Below, piece after piece: positions 44,589 through 54,596 of a stretch of 64,000 nucleotides of DNA. The DNA comes from Candidatus Omnitrophota bacterium (GTDB lineage Bacteria; Omnitrophota; Gorgyraeia; Zapsychrales; Fredricksoniimonadaceae). Every line of letters starts with the position of its first letter. Position 1 is the first letter of the stretch. The notes beneath the pieces are model-generated. The model was not told where the DNA came from, did no database searches, and saw only the letters and a program-made list of their open reading frames with translations. The stretch spans positions 26,273-90,272 of the forward strand of contig JAGWOI010000001.1 of assembly GCA_028870995.1 (NCBI GenBank), in the 5' to 3' direction. Both the position numbers and the translations under genes were made by a program.

Positions 44589-46270
44589 GAACCTTCGCGA
44601 TCTTCCTTCCGAAAGACCCTGCTATCTTTAGGCGGGGTTCTTTTTTTGTCCGTCACCCAGAATTCCAGGTATTGGCCCAGCATCAGGCGTGTTTGGGCGT
44701 GCAGGGCCGGCATGGCGCTGAAAAAGACCAGGATGAAAGGCACGGTCAGCCATTCAAAGGCATGGCCTATCTTGACCAGCCATCTGTAACGGATTTTTGT
44801 TTTCGGCAACAGGGACAGGGAAAGGATGATGCTTACGCAAACGGCCAGAAAGGCCAGGGAGAAAATGGTATTGGCGATATCGGGCACATTGTAATAGGCC
44901 ACCGACGAGGCGAACTCCTGGCGCGCGGATATGAGCGGCATCCAGCCGATGATCGAAAGGATGAAGCCGGAGGTGGACCAGGACCAATGACCCTCAAAGA
45001 GTTTGAAGCCGAGCCGCAGTTTGTCGTACAAGGGTATTCTTTTGGACCTTAAGAAGGCTCTCATCACGATGGGGAAATTTTCGACGCCCCATGCCCAGCG
45101 CTGTTTTTGTTTATAAACGCTTTGAAAGGTTTTCCACCAATTGTCCGAGGAGGCCACATCCATGGACAAGGTCACGTACATGGGGATGACCCGGTATTGA
45201 CCGTTGTAGTGGATATAGGCTTTCCAGAAAATGGCCGAATCGTCGGAGATCATGTCCACCGGCCAATAATCTACGTCCACAAGGGCCATAAAGCTCATGC
45301 TGTGCGAGGAGAAGGTGACCAGCTTTTCGGGATTGGTGCACTCGATGAGTTGATAAAAGGAGGAGCCTGTCTCCACCACGCGCGCAAAGCCGGGCACGTT
45401 CCATATATTGTTATGGTAAACCGGGATGGGCTGGAAACTGGCCTGCAGGCGTTGGGGGCAAACCATATAGTGATAGGTCAGGCAGAGAAAATAATTGGGG
45501 CTTACCACGGTGTCGGCATCGAAACAGGAGACGATCACCGCCTCGAAGGGGATGTGGTGCTCCTGGAAAAGTCTGGCCGCGTATTTGGCGGCATGAGTGA
45601 TATTGGCCCCCTTGACCCTGGCCTCGCCGGGCACAGCCGCCGGATGCAGGACGGTCACGCATTCCATAAAAACATTTTTGTATTTCTTTTCCAAGGCATA
45701 AACAGCATCCTGGATGGCAGGCTGCGCGCGTTCTTCCAGTGCAAAGACAACCACCAGTTGTTTAAGAGGGAAACGCTGGCGGCTGATGGCGTCAATGGCC
45801 GGTTCCAGGATATCGAGGCCTTCTTTTATGACGGGGAAGATGACCAGATGGTAGATGTCCTTGGACTTCGGCGGCAGGTTGCGGCTGGCCAGTAAATCAT
45901 CTAAATGGCGCAGGTGGATTTGATGAGAAAGGCGCTGGCGCCAGTGGCGGCCGAATTTTTTCATGGCGATGTCCCTTAAATAATGGGGAAGGTCATCAAT
46001 GCCGCGGATGCGCCGCATCCAGTCGGTGTTTTTTTCGATATTAAGCAGGGTGTAGGAAATGATCAGGAAAATGGTGGAATAGAGGATCCGCATGATCCAG
46101 GACAGGTAAAACGCGACTATCAGCACGGCGGCGATAAAGGGATAGAAAATGGACAAAAAGACCAGCCCCAGCAGGGTCATCCAGCTGACGGCCCCGGGCA
46201 GAATCTCCAGGAACCGCTGCAGCCTGGCCTGGCGGGGTTTCAGATTTTCCTTGGAATAGTGGAATTTCAT
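44585..46270 (-). CDS. Membrane GT2-family processive glycosyltransferase
   Basis: KGAN, FDADT, ISDD, QKQRWAWG (QxxRW), flanking TMs, terminal VTDK. Confidence 0.88.
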   Translation of the reverse strand: MKFHYSKENLKPRQARLQRFLEILPGAVSWMTLLGLVFLSIFYPFIAAVLIVAFYLSWIMRILYSTIFLIISYTLLNIEKNTDWMRRIRGIDDLPHYLRDIAMKKFGRHWRQRLSHQIHLRHLDDLLASRNLPPKSKDIYHLVIFPVIKEGLDILEPAIDAISRQRFPLKQLVVVFALEERAQPAIQDAVYALEKKYKNVFMECVTVLHPAAVPGEARVKGANITHAAKYAARLFQEHHIPFEAVIVSCFDADTVVSPNYFLCLTYHYMVCPQRLQASFQPIPVYHNNIWNVPGFARVVETGSSFYQLIECTNPEKLVTFSSHSMSFMALVDVDYWPVDMISDDSAIFWKAYIHYNGQYRVIPMYVTLSMDVASSDNWWKTFQSVYKQKQRWAWGVENFPIVMRAFLRSKRIPLYDKLRLGFKLFEGHWSWSTSGFILSIIGWMPLISARQEFASSVAYYNVPDIANTIFSLAFLAVCVSIILSLSLLPKTKIRYRWLVKIGHAFEWLTVPFILVFFSAMPALHAQTRLMLGQYLEFWVTDKKRTPPKDSRVFRKEDREGS

Positions 46271-47349
46271 GGGTTTGTCCGTATGTCCGCCTTTAAAGCG
46301 TCAGGCACCGGGATGTTCAATAGGGGATGATAGGCCAAAAGCTGAACGGCGCACAGCCTCCCGTCATTATTCAAATAAAAAAGTTCTCCTGTTTTGGGGG
46401 AAAAATACATATTTGCCGATGGGTCGGATTGGGCTATATCGTACATCCGCGGTCCGCCGAAATTCTCCCGGGGATAAAGACGGATACGTCCCTCCTGACG
46501 GATGATCCAGTCATGGCCGTCGTTGATAAGGAATTTGTCGGGGTTATTTTTAACCCGTGTCCTGATGGTCCCGGGCAGGACTTCCCCCGGATAAATCGCT
46601 TTGTCATGGATATTGATGCGGTAAATGCGGGTCGGATAAATCGCGAAGATGTTGTTGTCTGTGTTGTCCCACTCAACCGAGGACGGAACCTCAGGGAAAA
46701 GGTCGCTGATATCTTCGATGACAGGAGGTTTTCCGTTCAGGTTGACCCATAGGAATTTTGTTTTATCTTTAAGCGCCGCCTGCAGCAAGATAAAGGGGCT
46801 GGACGGTTCGTAATACAGGTGTGTCAGCCGCCCCTGGGCGTAAATGGAATTGGCCACCAACAGCGGCGCTGGTCCGGTCTCCTGGCCCATGGAAATAACG
46901 TCTGTATCCGCAAGCAGGGGATTGGCGGCGATCAGGGTGTCCTGACCGGCCCGGAAGATGTTGGCATAGGTTTTGACGGCAATGACCTTTATGGGCCATT
47001 CCTGAGGTATCAGCAGGGCGTTGGCCACCGTGGCTTTATTGGCTTCAACCGGAATGTAGCGTTCCCAGTCCGTATAGCCGTTGAGCTCAATGCGGATGAA
47101 ATGGCTGCCGGGTGTCAGGTCCCTCAACACTGCCGGTGTTTTGGAACGGCTCAAACGGCCGTCGACATAGACTGCCGCGTCCGGCGGGTTGGTGGCGATG
47201 AAGATCAGCCCTGTCCTCACCAGACGCTGGGTCAGCGGATTGACGGCAAACCCCAGCATGTGCGCCACGATCAAGGGGCATAGAATAAGGTAGATAAGGG
47301 CAAAGAGATAAAAGACAAGCTTTCTAAGCCGGGGCATGAACCAAATCAT
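46267..47349 (-). CDS. PEGA-domain membrane-anchored protein
   Basis: N-terminal TM, TGLIFIATNPPDAAVYVDG..TP..L..LTPGSH.I.IELNGY. Confidence 0.82.
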   Translation of the reverse strand: MIWFMPRLRKLVFYLFALIYLILCPLIVAHMLGFAVNPLTQRLVRTGLIFIATNPPDAAVYVDGRLSRSKTPAVLRDLTPGSHFIRIELNGYTDWERYIPVEANKATVANALLIPQEWPIKVIAVKTYANIFRAGQDTLIAANPLLADTDVISMGQETGPAPLLVANSIYAQGRLTHLYYEPSSPFILLQAALKDKTKFLWVNLNGKPPVIEDISDLFPEVPSSVEWDNTDNNIFAIYPTRIYRINIHDKAIYPGEVLPGTIRTRVKNNPDKFLINDGHDWIIRQEGRIRLYPRENFGGPRMYDIAQSDPSANMYFSPKTGELFYLNNDGRLCAVQLLAYHPLLNIPVPDALKADIRTNP

Positions 47350-47476
47350 AGCTCAGCTTTGCCCTTCAGGCAACGGATAAATTATAACGCGCTGGACAAT
47401 TAGCGACGAAAAGGTTATACTCTACTGATTCCCAAATAAGAGATATTTAATAGTACTGAAGCGGCGCTTTCCCTCT

Positions 47477-50272
47477 ATGTTTAAGACAGAAGATGCCCAA
47501 GCCGGTTCGAGACTTGTTCCCATCAAAATCATCTTCCCTTATGCGGTCTTATCACTAATATGGATCTATCTCTCCGATGAAATTACCGCCCTCCTTTTCA
47601 GGCACGCCCAGGACCTGAAATATGCCATCGATCTGAAGGCCACTTTTTATGTCTCGGTGACCTCCATTATCCTGTATGCCTTGTTTCGTGGCGCGACGTA
47701 CCGGCTCAGGGACAGCGAACGCAAATACCGCTATCTTTTCGAGAATTCCGCCATTTCTATTTTGGAAGAGGATTTTTCAGAGATCAGGAAATTCATCGAC
47801 CGGCAGCGGGCCCTGGGGATCCGGGATTGGCGGGAGTACTTTCAGAACAATCCCCAAACGGTACGAGAATGTGCCTCGTGGGTGAGGATCATGGATTCGA
47901 ACCAGGAAGGTTTGCGGCTGGCGGGCGTTGCCGAATCCAAAGATATGGTGGGCAAGACCCTCGATTATTATTTTACCGAGGATTCCTACGCGGACTTTAA
48001 AGAGCAGCTTATTGCCTTGGCCGAAGGCGCCACTCAATGGAATGGTGAGCGGTCCGCCCGCGCCAGCGAAGGCGGGACCAAGGCGTACATCTACCGGATG
48101 TCGGTGATGCCGGGGCATGAAAAAGACCTTTCCCGGGTTTTGGTCTCCCTGGTGGATGTCACGGCCAACAAGAGTAATGTCAAAACCATTGAACTTAAAG
48201 AACAGCGGCTAAGGCAGATCATCGATCTTGTCCCGCATTTCATTTTTGCCAAGGACATCGAAGGACGTTTTGTTCTGGTCAATAAAGCCATCGCGAACGC
48301 CTATGGGACGACGGTTGAGAACCTTACCGGGAAAAAAGACGAAGACTTCATCAAATCACGCGCCCAGGTCAGGCATTTTCTTAAGGATGATCTGGAGGTG
48401 ATGCAGTCGGGTAAATCCAAATTCATCCCGCTGGAGCCCATCACCAATGCCCAGGGCCAGACCAGGTTTTTGGCAACGACCAAAATACCCTTTACAGCTT
48501 CAGGCATCGATTCGCCCTGTGTCCTGGGCGTTGCCATCGACATTACCGAATACAAGCAGGCGGAAGAGGCCTTGGCCCAAGGCCAGCATTTTATCGAGAG
48601 CGTGTTGAACGCCACCCCCAATCTGATTTATGTTTACGATTTGATCTCCAAGAGTAACGTTTACTTCAACCGCGGCCTGCACGACCTGTTGGGTTACACC
48701 GAGCAGCAGATAGAAGCCATGGGGGGAGAGCTTTTTAACATGATCCTGCATCCCGACGATCATGCCTCCGTCAGGGAACACCATCAGATGCTAATACAGG
48801 ACGGCAAGGTGAGGGAAATCGAGTGCCGCATGAAGGATGCGGGAGGCCAATGGCGCTGGATGAGAAGCCGGGATGTGGTTTTCGCGCGTACGCCCCAGGG
48901 GGAAGCCTGGCAGATCTTAGGCTCGGCTGAGGATGTTACCGAGCATAAATTGCTTGAAAATAAATATTGGACACTTTCCTATTATGATGCGGTGACCACC
49001 TTCCCCAACCGCACCTTGTTTTACGAACGGGCCAACCTGGGGCTCTCCCACGCCAAGCGCAGCAACATCGCCTGCGCCGTCCTGTTCATTGACCTGGACC
49101 ACTTTAAAAACGTCAACGACACCCTGGGCCATACGCTGGGCGATGAGCTGCTTAAGGACACGGCGGTCAAACTTTCCGAATGTGTCCGTGAAATAGACAC
49201 CATTGCCCGCCTGGGGTCGGATAAATTCATTGTTTTTTTAAACGGCCTTGAAGACGCTCAGAGCGCCCAGCACATCGCCGAGCGTATCCGCGAGAAGTTG
49301 AATACCACCCGCACCATCTGCAGCCAGGAGCTTTTTGTCACCGCCACCATCGGGATCGCCACCTTTCCCAATGACGGCAGCACCCTGGAGGAGCTTCTGA
49401 AGAACGCGGACACAGCCATGAATGCGGCCAAGGACGCGGGCCGCAATGCCTTTTGTTTTTTTAACGGCACCATGAACGAGAAGGCCGTCACCCGCATGCA
49501 GATTGAAAAGGGTTTAAGGGGGGCGCTGGCCAAAAACGAGTTCAAGCTATATTACCAGCCGATCATCGGCGTGGCGGACGGAGGCGTGCGGGGCTTTGAA
49601 GTCCTGCTGCGCTGGTTTAAGGCCGACGGTACGCTGGTTTATCCTAATGATTTCATCGGAATCGCGGAAGAAACCGGGCTCATCATCGGTATCGGCGAAT
49701 GGGTGTTGAAAGAGGCATGCCGCATGGGGAAGAAATGGCATGACATGGGGTTTGATGAGCTGGTCATGTCCGTCAATATTTCCGTCGTTCAGTTGAGGAC
49801 CCCGGCCATCATGGGAGCCATTAAAAAAGCCTTGGAAGAGACCGGGTTTCCGGCCCATTTCCTTGAAATTGAGGTCACGGAAAGCATTTTTATCAGCGCC
49901 TTCGACGCTTCCATCGGGGTGCTCCAAAAAATCCGCGATATGGGGGTACGGGTGGCGCTGGATGATTTCGGGACGGGCTATTCCTCGTTAAGCCATTTGC
50001 AGCGCCTGCCGATCACCACCCTGAAGATCGACCGGTTTTTCATCAAGGAGCTGATGAACGAAGGCATCGAAATGGCCATGACCGCCACCATCATCGAACT
50101 GGCCCACAACCTCAATCTCGGCGTTGTTGCCGAGGGCGTCGAGCACCAACAGCAGCTCAAGAGCCTGGCCAAGGAGAATTGCGATTATTTCCAAGGCTTT
50201 CTTTTCGGCAAACCCATGCCCGAGGACCAGGCCATGGCCTTCCTTAAGGATAACAGCAGCCCTTCCGTTTAA
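47477..50272 (+). CDS. Membrane multi-PAS GGDEF(degenerate)-EAL protein, probable c-di-GMP phosphodiesterase
   Basis: 2 TMs, 3 PAS domains, RLGSDKF in place of GGDEF, EVLLRW and DDFGTGYSS. Confidence 0.9.
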   Translation: MFKTEDAQAGSRLVPIKIIFPYAVLSLIWIYLSDEITALLFRHAQDLKYAIDLKATFYVSVTSIILYALFRGATYRLRDSERKYRYLFENSAISILEEDFSEIRKFIDRQRALGIRDWREYFQNNPQTVRECASWVRIMDSNQEGLRLAGVAESKDMVGKTLDYYFTEDSYADFKEQLIALAEGATQWNGERSARASEGGTKAYIYRMSVMPGHEKDLSRVLVSLVDVTANKSNVKTIELKEQRLRQIIDLVPHFIFAKDIEGRFVLVNKAIANAYGTTVENLTGKKDEDFIKSRAQVRHFLKDDLEVMQSGKSKFIPLEPITNAQGQTRFLATTKIPFTASGIDSPCVLGVAIDITEYKQAEEALAQGQHFIESVLNATPNLIYVYDLISKSNVYFNRGLHDLLGYTEQQIEAMGGELFNMILHPDDHASVREHHQMLIQDGKVREIECRMKDAGGQWRWMRSRDVVFARTPQGEAWQILGSAEDVTEHKLLENKYWTLSYYDAVTTFPNRTLFYERANLGLSHAKRSNIACAVLFIDLDHFKNVNDTLGHTLGDELLKDTAVKLSECVREIDTIARLGSDKFIVFLNGLEDAQSAQHIAERIREKLNTTRTICSQELFVTATIGIATFPNDGSTLEELLKNADTAMNAAKDAGRNAFCFFNGTMNEKAVTRMQIEKGLRGALAKNEFKLYYQPIIGVADGGVRGFEVLLRWFKADGTLVYPNDFIGIAEETGLIIGIGEWVLKEACRMGKKWHDMGFDELVMSVNISVVQLRTPAIMGAIKKALEETGFPAHFLEIEVTESIFISAFDASIGVLQKIRDMGVRVALDDFGTGYSSLSHLQRLPITTLKIDRFFIKELMNEGIEMAMTATIIELAHNLNLGVVAEGVEHQQQLKSLAKENCDYFQGFLFGKPMPEDQAMAFLKDNSSPSV

Positions 50273-50349
50273 CTCCAGCGCCTTACCGGTATCCGGGAAA
50301 AAGACGCGAGCCAATTGAATTATAAGCTGTGAAGTATTAGAATAAAAAA

Positions 50350-51675
50350 ATGAGTAAAGGGCGTATTTTAATTGGGGTTATTTTATTCGGGTGTTTTACC
50401 GGCCGGGCCATGGCGCAGGGGAATGATTTGACTCCGGTACGCCTGACGCTTAAAGAGGCCTTACACAGTGTCAGCACGGAGAACCTGCAAGTGCTGATGG
50501 CCAATGCCCGCCTGCAGCAAGCCATTGCCCGTATAGGCCAGGCACAGTCCAGTTTATTGCCTCATTTGGAGGGTGAAGTCAGCGGCGGCCGCCAGACCGT
50601 TGACCTGCGCTCTGAAGGCTTAACGCTGCCCGGCATCAGTCCGCATGAGGGTCCCTTTAATAATTTTGATGCCAGGCCGCGGGTGACCATGGCGATCTTT
50701 GACCTGTCTTCTTTGGCCAGATTTCAGGCTGCCCAAAAAGGCGAGAAACTTTCCGAAGCTCAGTTGCAGAAGACCCGGGAAGATGTGCTGGCCCTGGTGG
50801 CGGACCTCTTCGTTGATGCCCAGCGCAAGCAGCAGACGGTCAAGCTGCTACACACCCTGTTGGAAAAGGACCGGATGGCCTATCAGTTAAGCCGTGACAA
50901 TCTTAATCAGGGTACCGGCACGCTGTTGGATTCGAGCAAATACAAATCCGATTTGGACCAGACGCGGTATTTACTGGCCCAGGCCGAACTTCAGGCTGAG
51001 TCTGCCGATATGGACCTGGAGGCGGCGCTGCAATTGCCTTTGGGCAAACCCTTGGCCCTTGTCGATGACGATGGTTTTCTGCACATTTTGGAAAAAAGCG
51101 CCGAGGGTCATTTTAAAGGCGGGTCCAATGCCGACGTGGACATGGCTTCCTCGCAATTGGAGGCCAGCAAGGCCGACCAAAAAAGCGCCATGGCGGATTT
51201 CCTGCCGAGAATATCAGGCAGCGCGGATTACGGGCGTTCCGGCGCCTCTCCCCAGCACGGCAGCAATACGTATTTCGTCGGCGTGAAGGCGACGGTCCCC
51301 ATTTGGGAAGGCGGGGCGAACCAGGCCCAGTTGAAGGAAGCCAAGGGCCGGGTGTCGGAGGCCAGGGAAAATCTCCGGGATTCCCTCCAGCAGCAGGAAG
51401 TCAATGTCAGGAAGGCCCGGCTCGAAATTAAAGAAGCGGACAATTTAAGACGGGCCAAACGTCAGCAGCGCCGGACCGCCCAGCGCGGCCTTTTGGTGGC
51501 GCTTCATGCCCAGCAGGTGGGCAGCGGCACGGTTTTAGCCGTGATGGAGGCCAAGGCTCAGTTGGCCCTGGCGGAAGATGGGTACAACGAGGCCCAGGCC
51601 ACCTGGGTCATGGCGCATATCGGCCTTCTTCATGCCCAAGGCCGGCTGAGGGATTTAATCAGACAGGAAAAATAA
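50350..51675 (+). CDS. TolC-family outer-membrane efflux protein
   Basis: Signal peptide, LTLKEAL, two OEP repeats (LLPHL, FLPRIS, VPIWEGG). Confidence 0.88.
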   Translation: MSKGRILIGVILFGCFTGRAMAQGNDLTPVRLTLKEALHSVSTENLQVLMANARLQQAIARIGQAQSSLLPHLEGEVSGGRQTVDLRSEGLTLPGISPHEGPFNNFDARPRVTMAIFDLSSLARFQAAQKGEKLSEAQLQKTREDVLALVADLFVDAQRKQQTVKLLHTLLEKDRMAYQLSRDNLNQGTGTLLDSSKYKSDLDQTRYLLAQAELQAESADMDLEAALQLPLGKPLALVDDDGFLHILEKSAEGHFKGGSNADVDMASSQLEASKADQKSAMADFLPRISGSADYGRSGASPQHGSNTYFVGVKATVPIWEGGANQAQLKEAKGRVSEARENLRDSLQQQEVNVRKARLEIKEADNLRRAKRQQRRTAQRGLLVALHAQQVGSGTVLAVMEAKAQLALAEDGYNEAQATWVMAHIGLLHAQGRLRDLIRQEK

Positions 51676-52346
51676 TGCGACTTTTGATCGGCATATTCGC
51701 CGCCTTGTTGATCGCAGGCTGCTCCCAACCAAAAGGTATTACGGAGATGACGTTCTCGGGCACCATGGAGCTGACCGAGCACGTCCTGGGTGCCAAGGTG
51801 GCGGGACGCCTTACGACCCTGAGCGTTGATGAAGGAGACCATGTCAGCAAGGGGCAGCTTTTGGCGACGCTGGACCGTTTTGAGCAGGATAAAAAGGATT
51901 ACGAACGCCTCCGGGTCCTTTATCAAAGCGGAGGCGCTGACCAGCAATCCCTGGAACATGCCCGCCTGAAGATGGAGGACCAGGAGATCGTCTCGCCCTT
52001 GGACGGGGTGGTGCTGGTCAAGGATGTTGAGACAGGCGAAACCCTTCCTGAAGGCGGGGGGGTGGTTGTCATCGGCGATATCAAGGACCAATGGATCAAG
52101 GTCTACGTGTCCGAAAATCTCGTCCATCAGTTGACTCTCGGGCAGCCGGCGGACATCAAGGTGGACGGCGCCTTGAAGCCTTACAGGGGCCGCATCACCT
52201 TTATCGCCGCCAAAGCCGAATTCACCCCGCGCAACGTGCAGACACCTGAGGAACGCGCCACCCAAACCATCGCCGTCAAGATTACGGTCGATCATCCCGA
52301 TGAAAATCTTCATGCCGGTGTTTCGGCTGACGTGAAATTCTTATGA
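51675..52346 (+). CDS. HlyD/YbhG-like membrane fusion lipoprotein
   Basis: Lipobox IAGC, VDEGDHV..GQLLA, SPLDG, AEFTPRNVQT.EER. Confidence 0.88.
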   Translation: MRLLIGIFAALLIAGCSQPKGITEMTFSGTMELTEHVLGAKVAGRLTTLSVDEGDHVSKGQLLATLDRFEQDKKDYERLRVLYQSGGADQQSLEHARLKMEDQEIVSPLDGVVLVKDVETGETLPEGGGVVVIGDIKDQWIKVYVSENLVHQLTLGQPADIKVDGALKPYRGRITFIAAKAEFTPRNVQTPEERATQTIAVKITVDHPDENLHAGVSADVKFL

Positions 52347-52359
52347 TGAGGTAGGCGCC

Positions 52360-53301
52360 ATGCCGGACATCGCCATCAGCACAGATCATCTGACCAGGAG
52401 ATTCGGAAAGTTCACGGCGGTTGACGGCATTTCTTTCGAAATCCCCTACGGTTCCATTTTCGGGTTTTTAGGAGCCAACGGCGCCGGTAAGAGCACCACC
52501 ATCCGCATGCTGTGCGGTATCCTGGCGCCTACCAGCGGCGAGGGAAAGGTGGGCGGCTTTGACGTGCAAACACAGCCGGAACAGATCAAGACCGTGATCG
52601 GTTACGTGTCGCAGCGTTTCAGCCTTTACGCGGATTTAAATGTCGCCGAGAACCTTAACTTTTACGGCCGCATCTACGGACTTGAAGGCAGCGCCCTGGC
52701 CGGCCGCATTAAAGAAGTTTTGACCCTCACGGGCTTGGCCCCATTCCAAAGACGCCTGGCCGGCGATCTTTCCGGCGGCATGAAGCAAAAACTGGCGGTG
52801 GCCAACGCCATCCTGCATAAGCCCAAGATTATTTTCCTTGATGAACCGACCGCCGGGCTCGATCCCTTGTCCCGCCGGGGAATATGGGAGCTGTTGTACC
52901 AGTTGGCGGAATCCGGAACGTCCTTATTCGTGACCACCCATTATATGGAAGAGGCGGAACGCTGCAACACCATTGCCTTTATCAGCCAAGGGAGAATTTT
53001 GAAGATCGGCCGTCCAGCCGAGCTGAAGGAGGAACTTAAGGGGCAGATCCTGGAGGTGGCGGCCCGGCCTTTGATGAAGGCGTCCCATGTTTTTTCAGAG
53101 GTGGAGGGGGTGCATGGTGTCACCGTCTACGGTACCACGTTGAATTTAAACGCGGCGGATCCCAAGGCCGTCGAGGAACGCGTCAGGCAGGCCGCGGCCA
53201 GGGAAGGCATTCAAGTGGCTTCCATTAAACCCATCGCGGCCTCGCTGGAAGATGTGTTTTCCGATCTGGATCTAAAGAAGGTCAAGAATGCGCAACATTA
53301 A
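52360..53301 (+). CDS. ABC exporter ATP-binding protein (YbhF-like)
   Basis: GANGAGKST, LSGGMKQK, FLDEPT, TTHYMEEAE. Confidence 0.92.
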   Translation: MPDIAISTDHLTRRFGKFTAVDGISFEIPYGSIFGFLGANGAGKSTTIRMLCGILAPTSGEGKVGGFDVQTQPEQIKTVIGYVSQRFSLYADLNVAENLNFYGRIYGLEGSALAGRIKEVLTLTGLAPFQRRLAGDLSGGMKQKLAVANAILHKPKIIFLDEPTAGLDPLSRRGIWELLYQLAESGTSLFVTTHYMEEAERCNTIAFISQGRILKIGRPAELKEELKGQILEVAARPLMKASHVFSEVEGVHGVTVYGTTLNLNAADPKAVEERVRQAAAREGIQVASIKPIAASLEDVFSDLDLKKVKNAQH

Positions 53302-54391
53302 GGCCATTGCTTTTAAAGAATTCATCCATATCCTGCGCGACCGCCGGACCCTGATGCTCATCATCCTTATGCCCATGATGCAGCTGATGATCTACGGTTA
53401 CGGCATCAATACCGATGTCAAACACTTGTCCACCTATGTCTATGATCAGGACCGCACCTATTTAAGCCGCCGCCTGGTGGACGCCTTCACTCAAAGCCAG
53501 TATTTTAACGTCACTTTTCATGCCGATTCCCTTCAGGAAACCTACAAGGCCCTGGACAAAGGGCTGGCCAAGGCCGTACTGGTCATCCCGCCAAACTTCA
53601 CCGGCGACCTGTTGAAGAAAAAGGGTGCGCAATTGCAGATGATCATCGACGGCACGGACTCCACCCCGGCCACCGTGGCGCTTAATTCCAGCCAGGCCAT
53701 CGTCAATGCCTTTATGCAAAACGAGCATCTGATCCCTGTGGCGGTGCTGCCCATCGATTTCCGGCCCAGGCTCTGGTACAACCCTGATCTTAAAAGCACC
53801 TACTTCATGCTTCCGGGGCTGGTGGGATTGGTGCTGCAGTTTTTAGTGCCCATGATCACGGCCTCGGCCATCGTGCGCGAGAAGGAAAGGGGCAATATTG
53901 AGCAATTATTGGTCACCCCTATCAAACCCTATGAATTGATCCTGGGGAAAATCCTTCCCTACATCGCCATTGGCGTTATCATCGCCGCCAGCATCATCAC
54001 GGTCATGCATCTGTTGTTCGTCGTACCCATTCACGGCAGTGTGGTGACCTTGTTTTTGATGACCTTGATCTTCCTGACGGTGTGTTTGGGGATAGGATTG
54101 TGGGCCTCAACGGTGGCGGAAAACCAGCAGCAGGCGGCCCAGATCGTCATGTTCTTTGCCATGCCTTCGATCCTGCTGTCGGGTTTCATCTTTCCCAGGG
54201 AAGCGATGCCCTTATGGGTGCACCATATCGGTTATTTTATCCCCATGACCTATTTTTTGATCATCGTGCGGGGCATCATCCTAAAAGGCCTGGGGTTTGT
54301 CGATTTGATCGGCCAGGTCTGGCCGATGCTGCTGATGGCCGTTCTGGTCCTCGTATTCAGCATCAAGCGGTTTGCCAAGAGAATGACCTAA
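53288..54391 (+). CDS. ABC-2 type permease (YbhS/R-like)
   Basis: KEFIHILRDRRT, WYNPDL, IVREKERGNIEQLLVTP, LSGFIFP. Confidence 0.92.
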   Translation: MRNIKAIAFKEFIHILRDRRTLMLIILMPMMQLMIYGYGINTDVKHLSTYVYDQDRTYLSRRLVDAFTQSQYFNVTFHADSLQETYKALDKGLAKAVLVIPPNFTGDLLKKKGAQLQMIIDGTDSTPATVALNSSQAIVNAFMQNEHLIPVAVLPIDFRPRLWYNPDLKSTYFMLPGLVGLVLQFLVPMITASAIVREKERGNIEQLLVTPIKPYELILGKILPYIAIGVIIAASIITVMHLLFVVPIHGSVVTLFLMTLIFLTVCLGIGLWASTVAENQQQAAQIVMFFAMPSILLSGFIFPREAMPLWVHHIGYFIPMTYFLIIVRGIILKGLGFVDLIGQVWPMLLMAVLVLVFSIKRFAKRMT

Positions 54392-54404
54392 TCAAGGGGG
54401 GGCT

Positions 54405-54596
54405 ATGCCTGAAGACAAGAAAGACGAGAGTTGTTCGACGAAAAAAGGCTGCGGCTGCTGCGGCGGTGCCAAATTGCTGGCTGCACTGATCGTGGGGGCC
54501 TTTATTTTTGCCGCCGGCATGTGGTTCGCCAGGGCCCATTGCCAGGGCTTGGGCTATCATGCTTTTTGCCCTCTTAGCGCCCCTGCGGCGAAGTAG
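54405..54596 (+). CDS. Small Cys-rich single-TM protein
   Basis: G-rich RBS; CSTKKGCGCC, TM helix, HC..HAFCP. Confidence 0.6.
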   Translation: MPEDKKDESCSTKKGCGCCGGAKLLAALIVGAFIFAAGMWFARAHCQGLGYHAFCPLSAPAAK

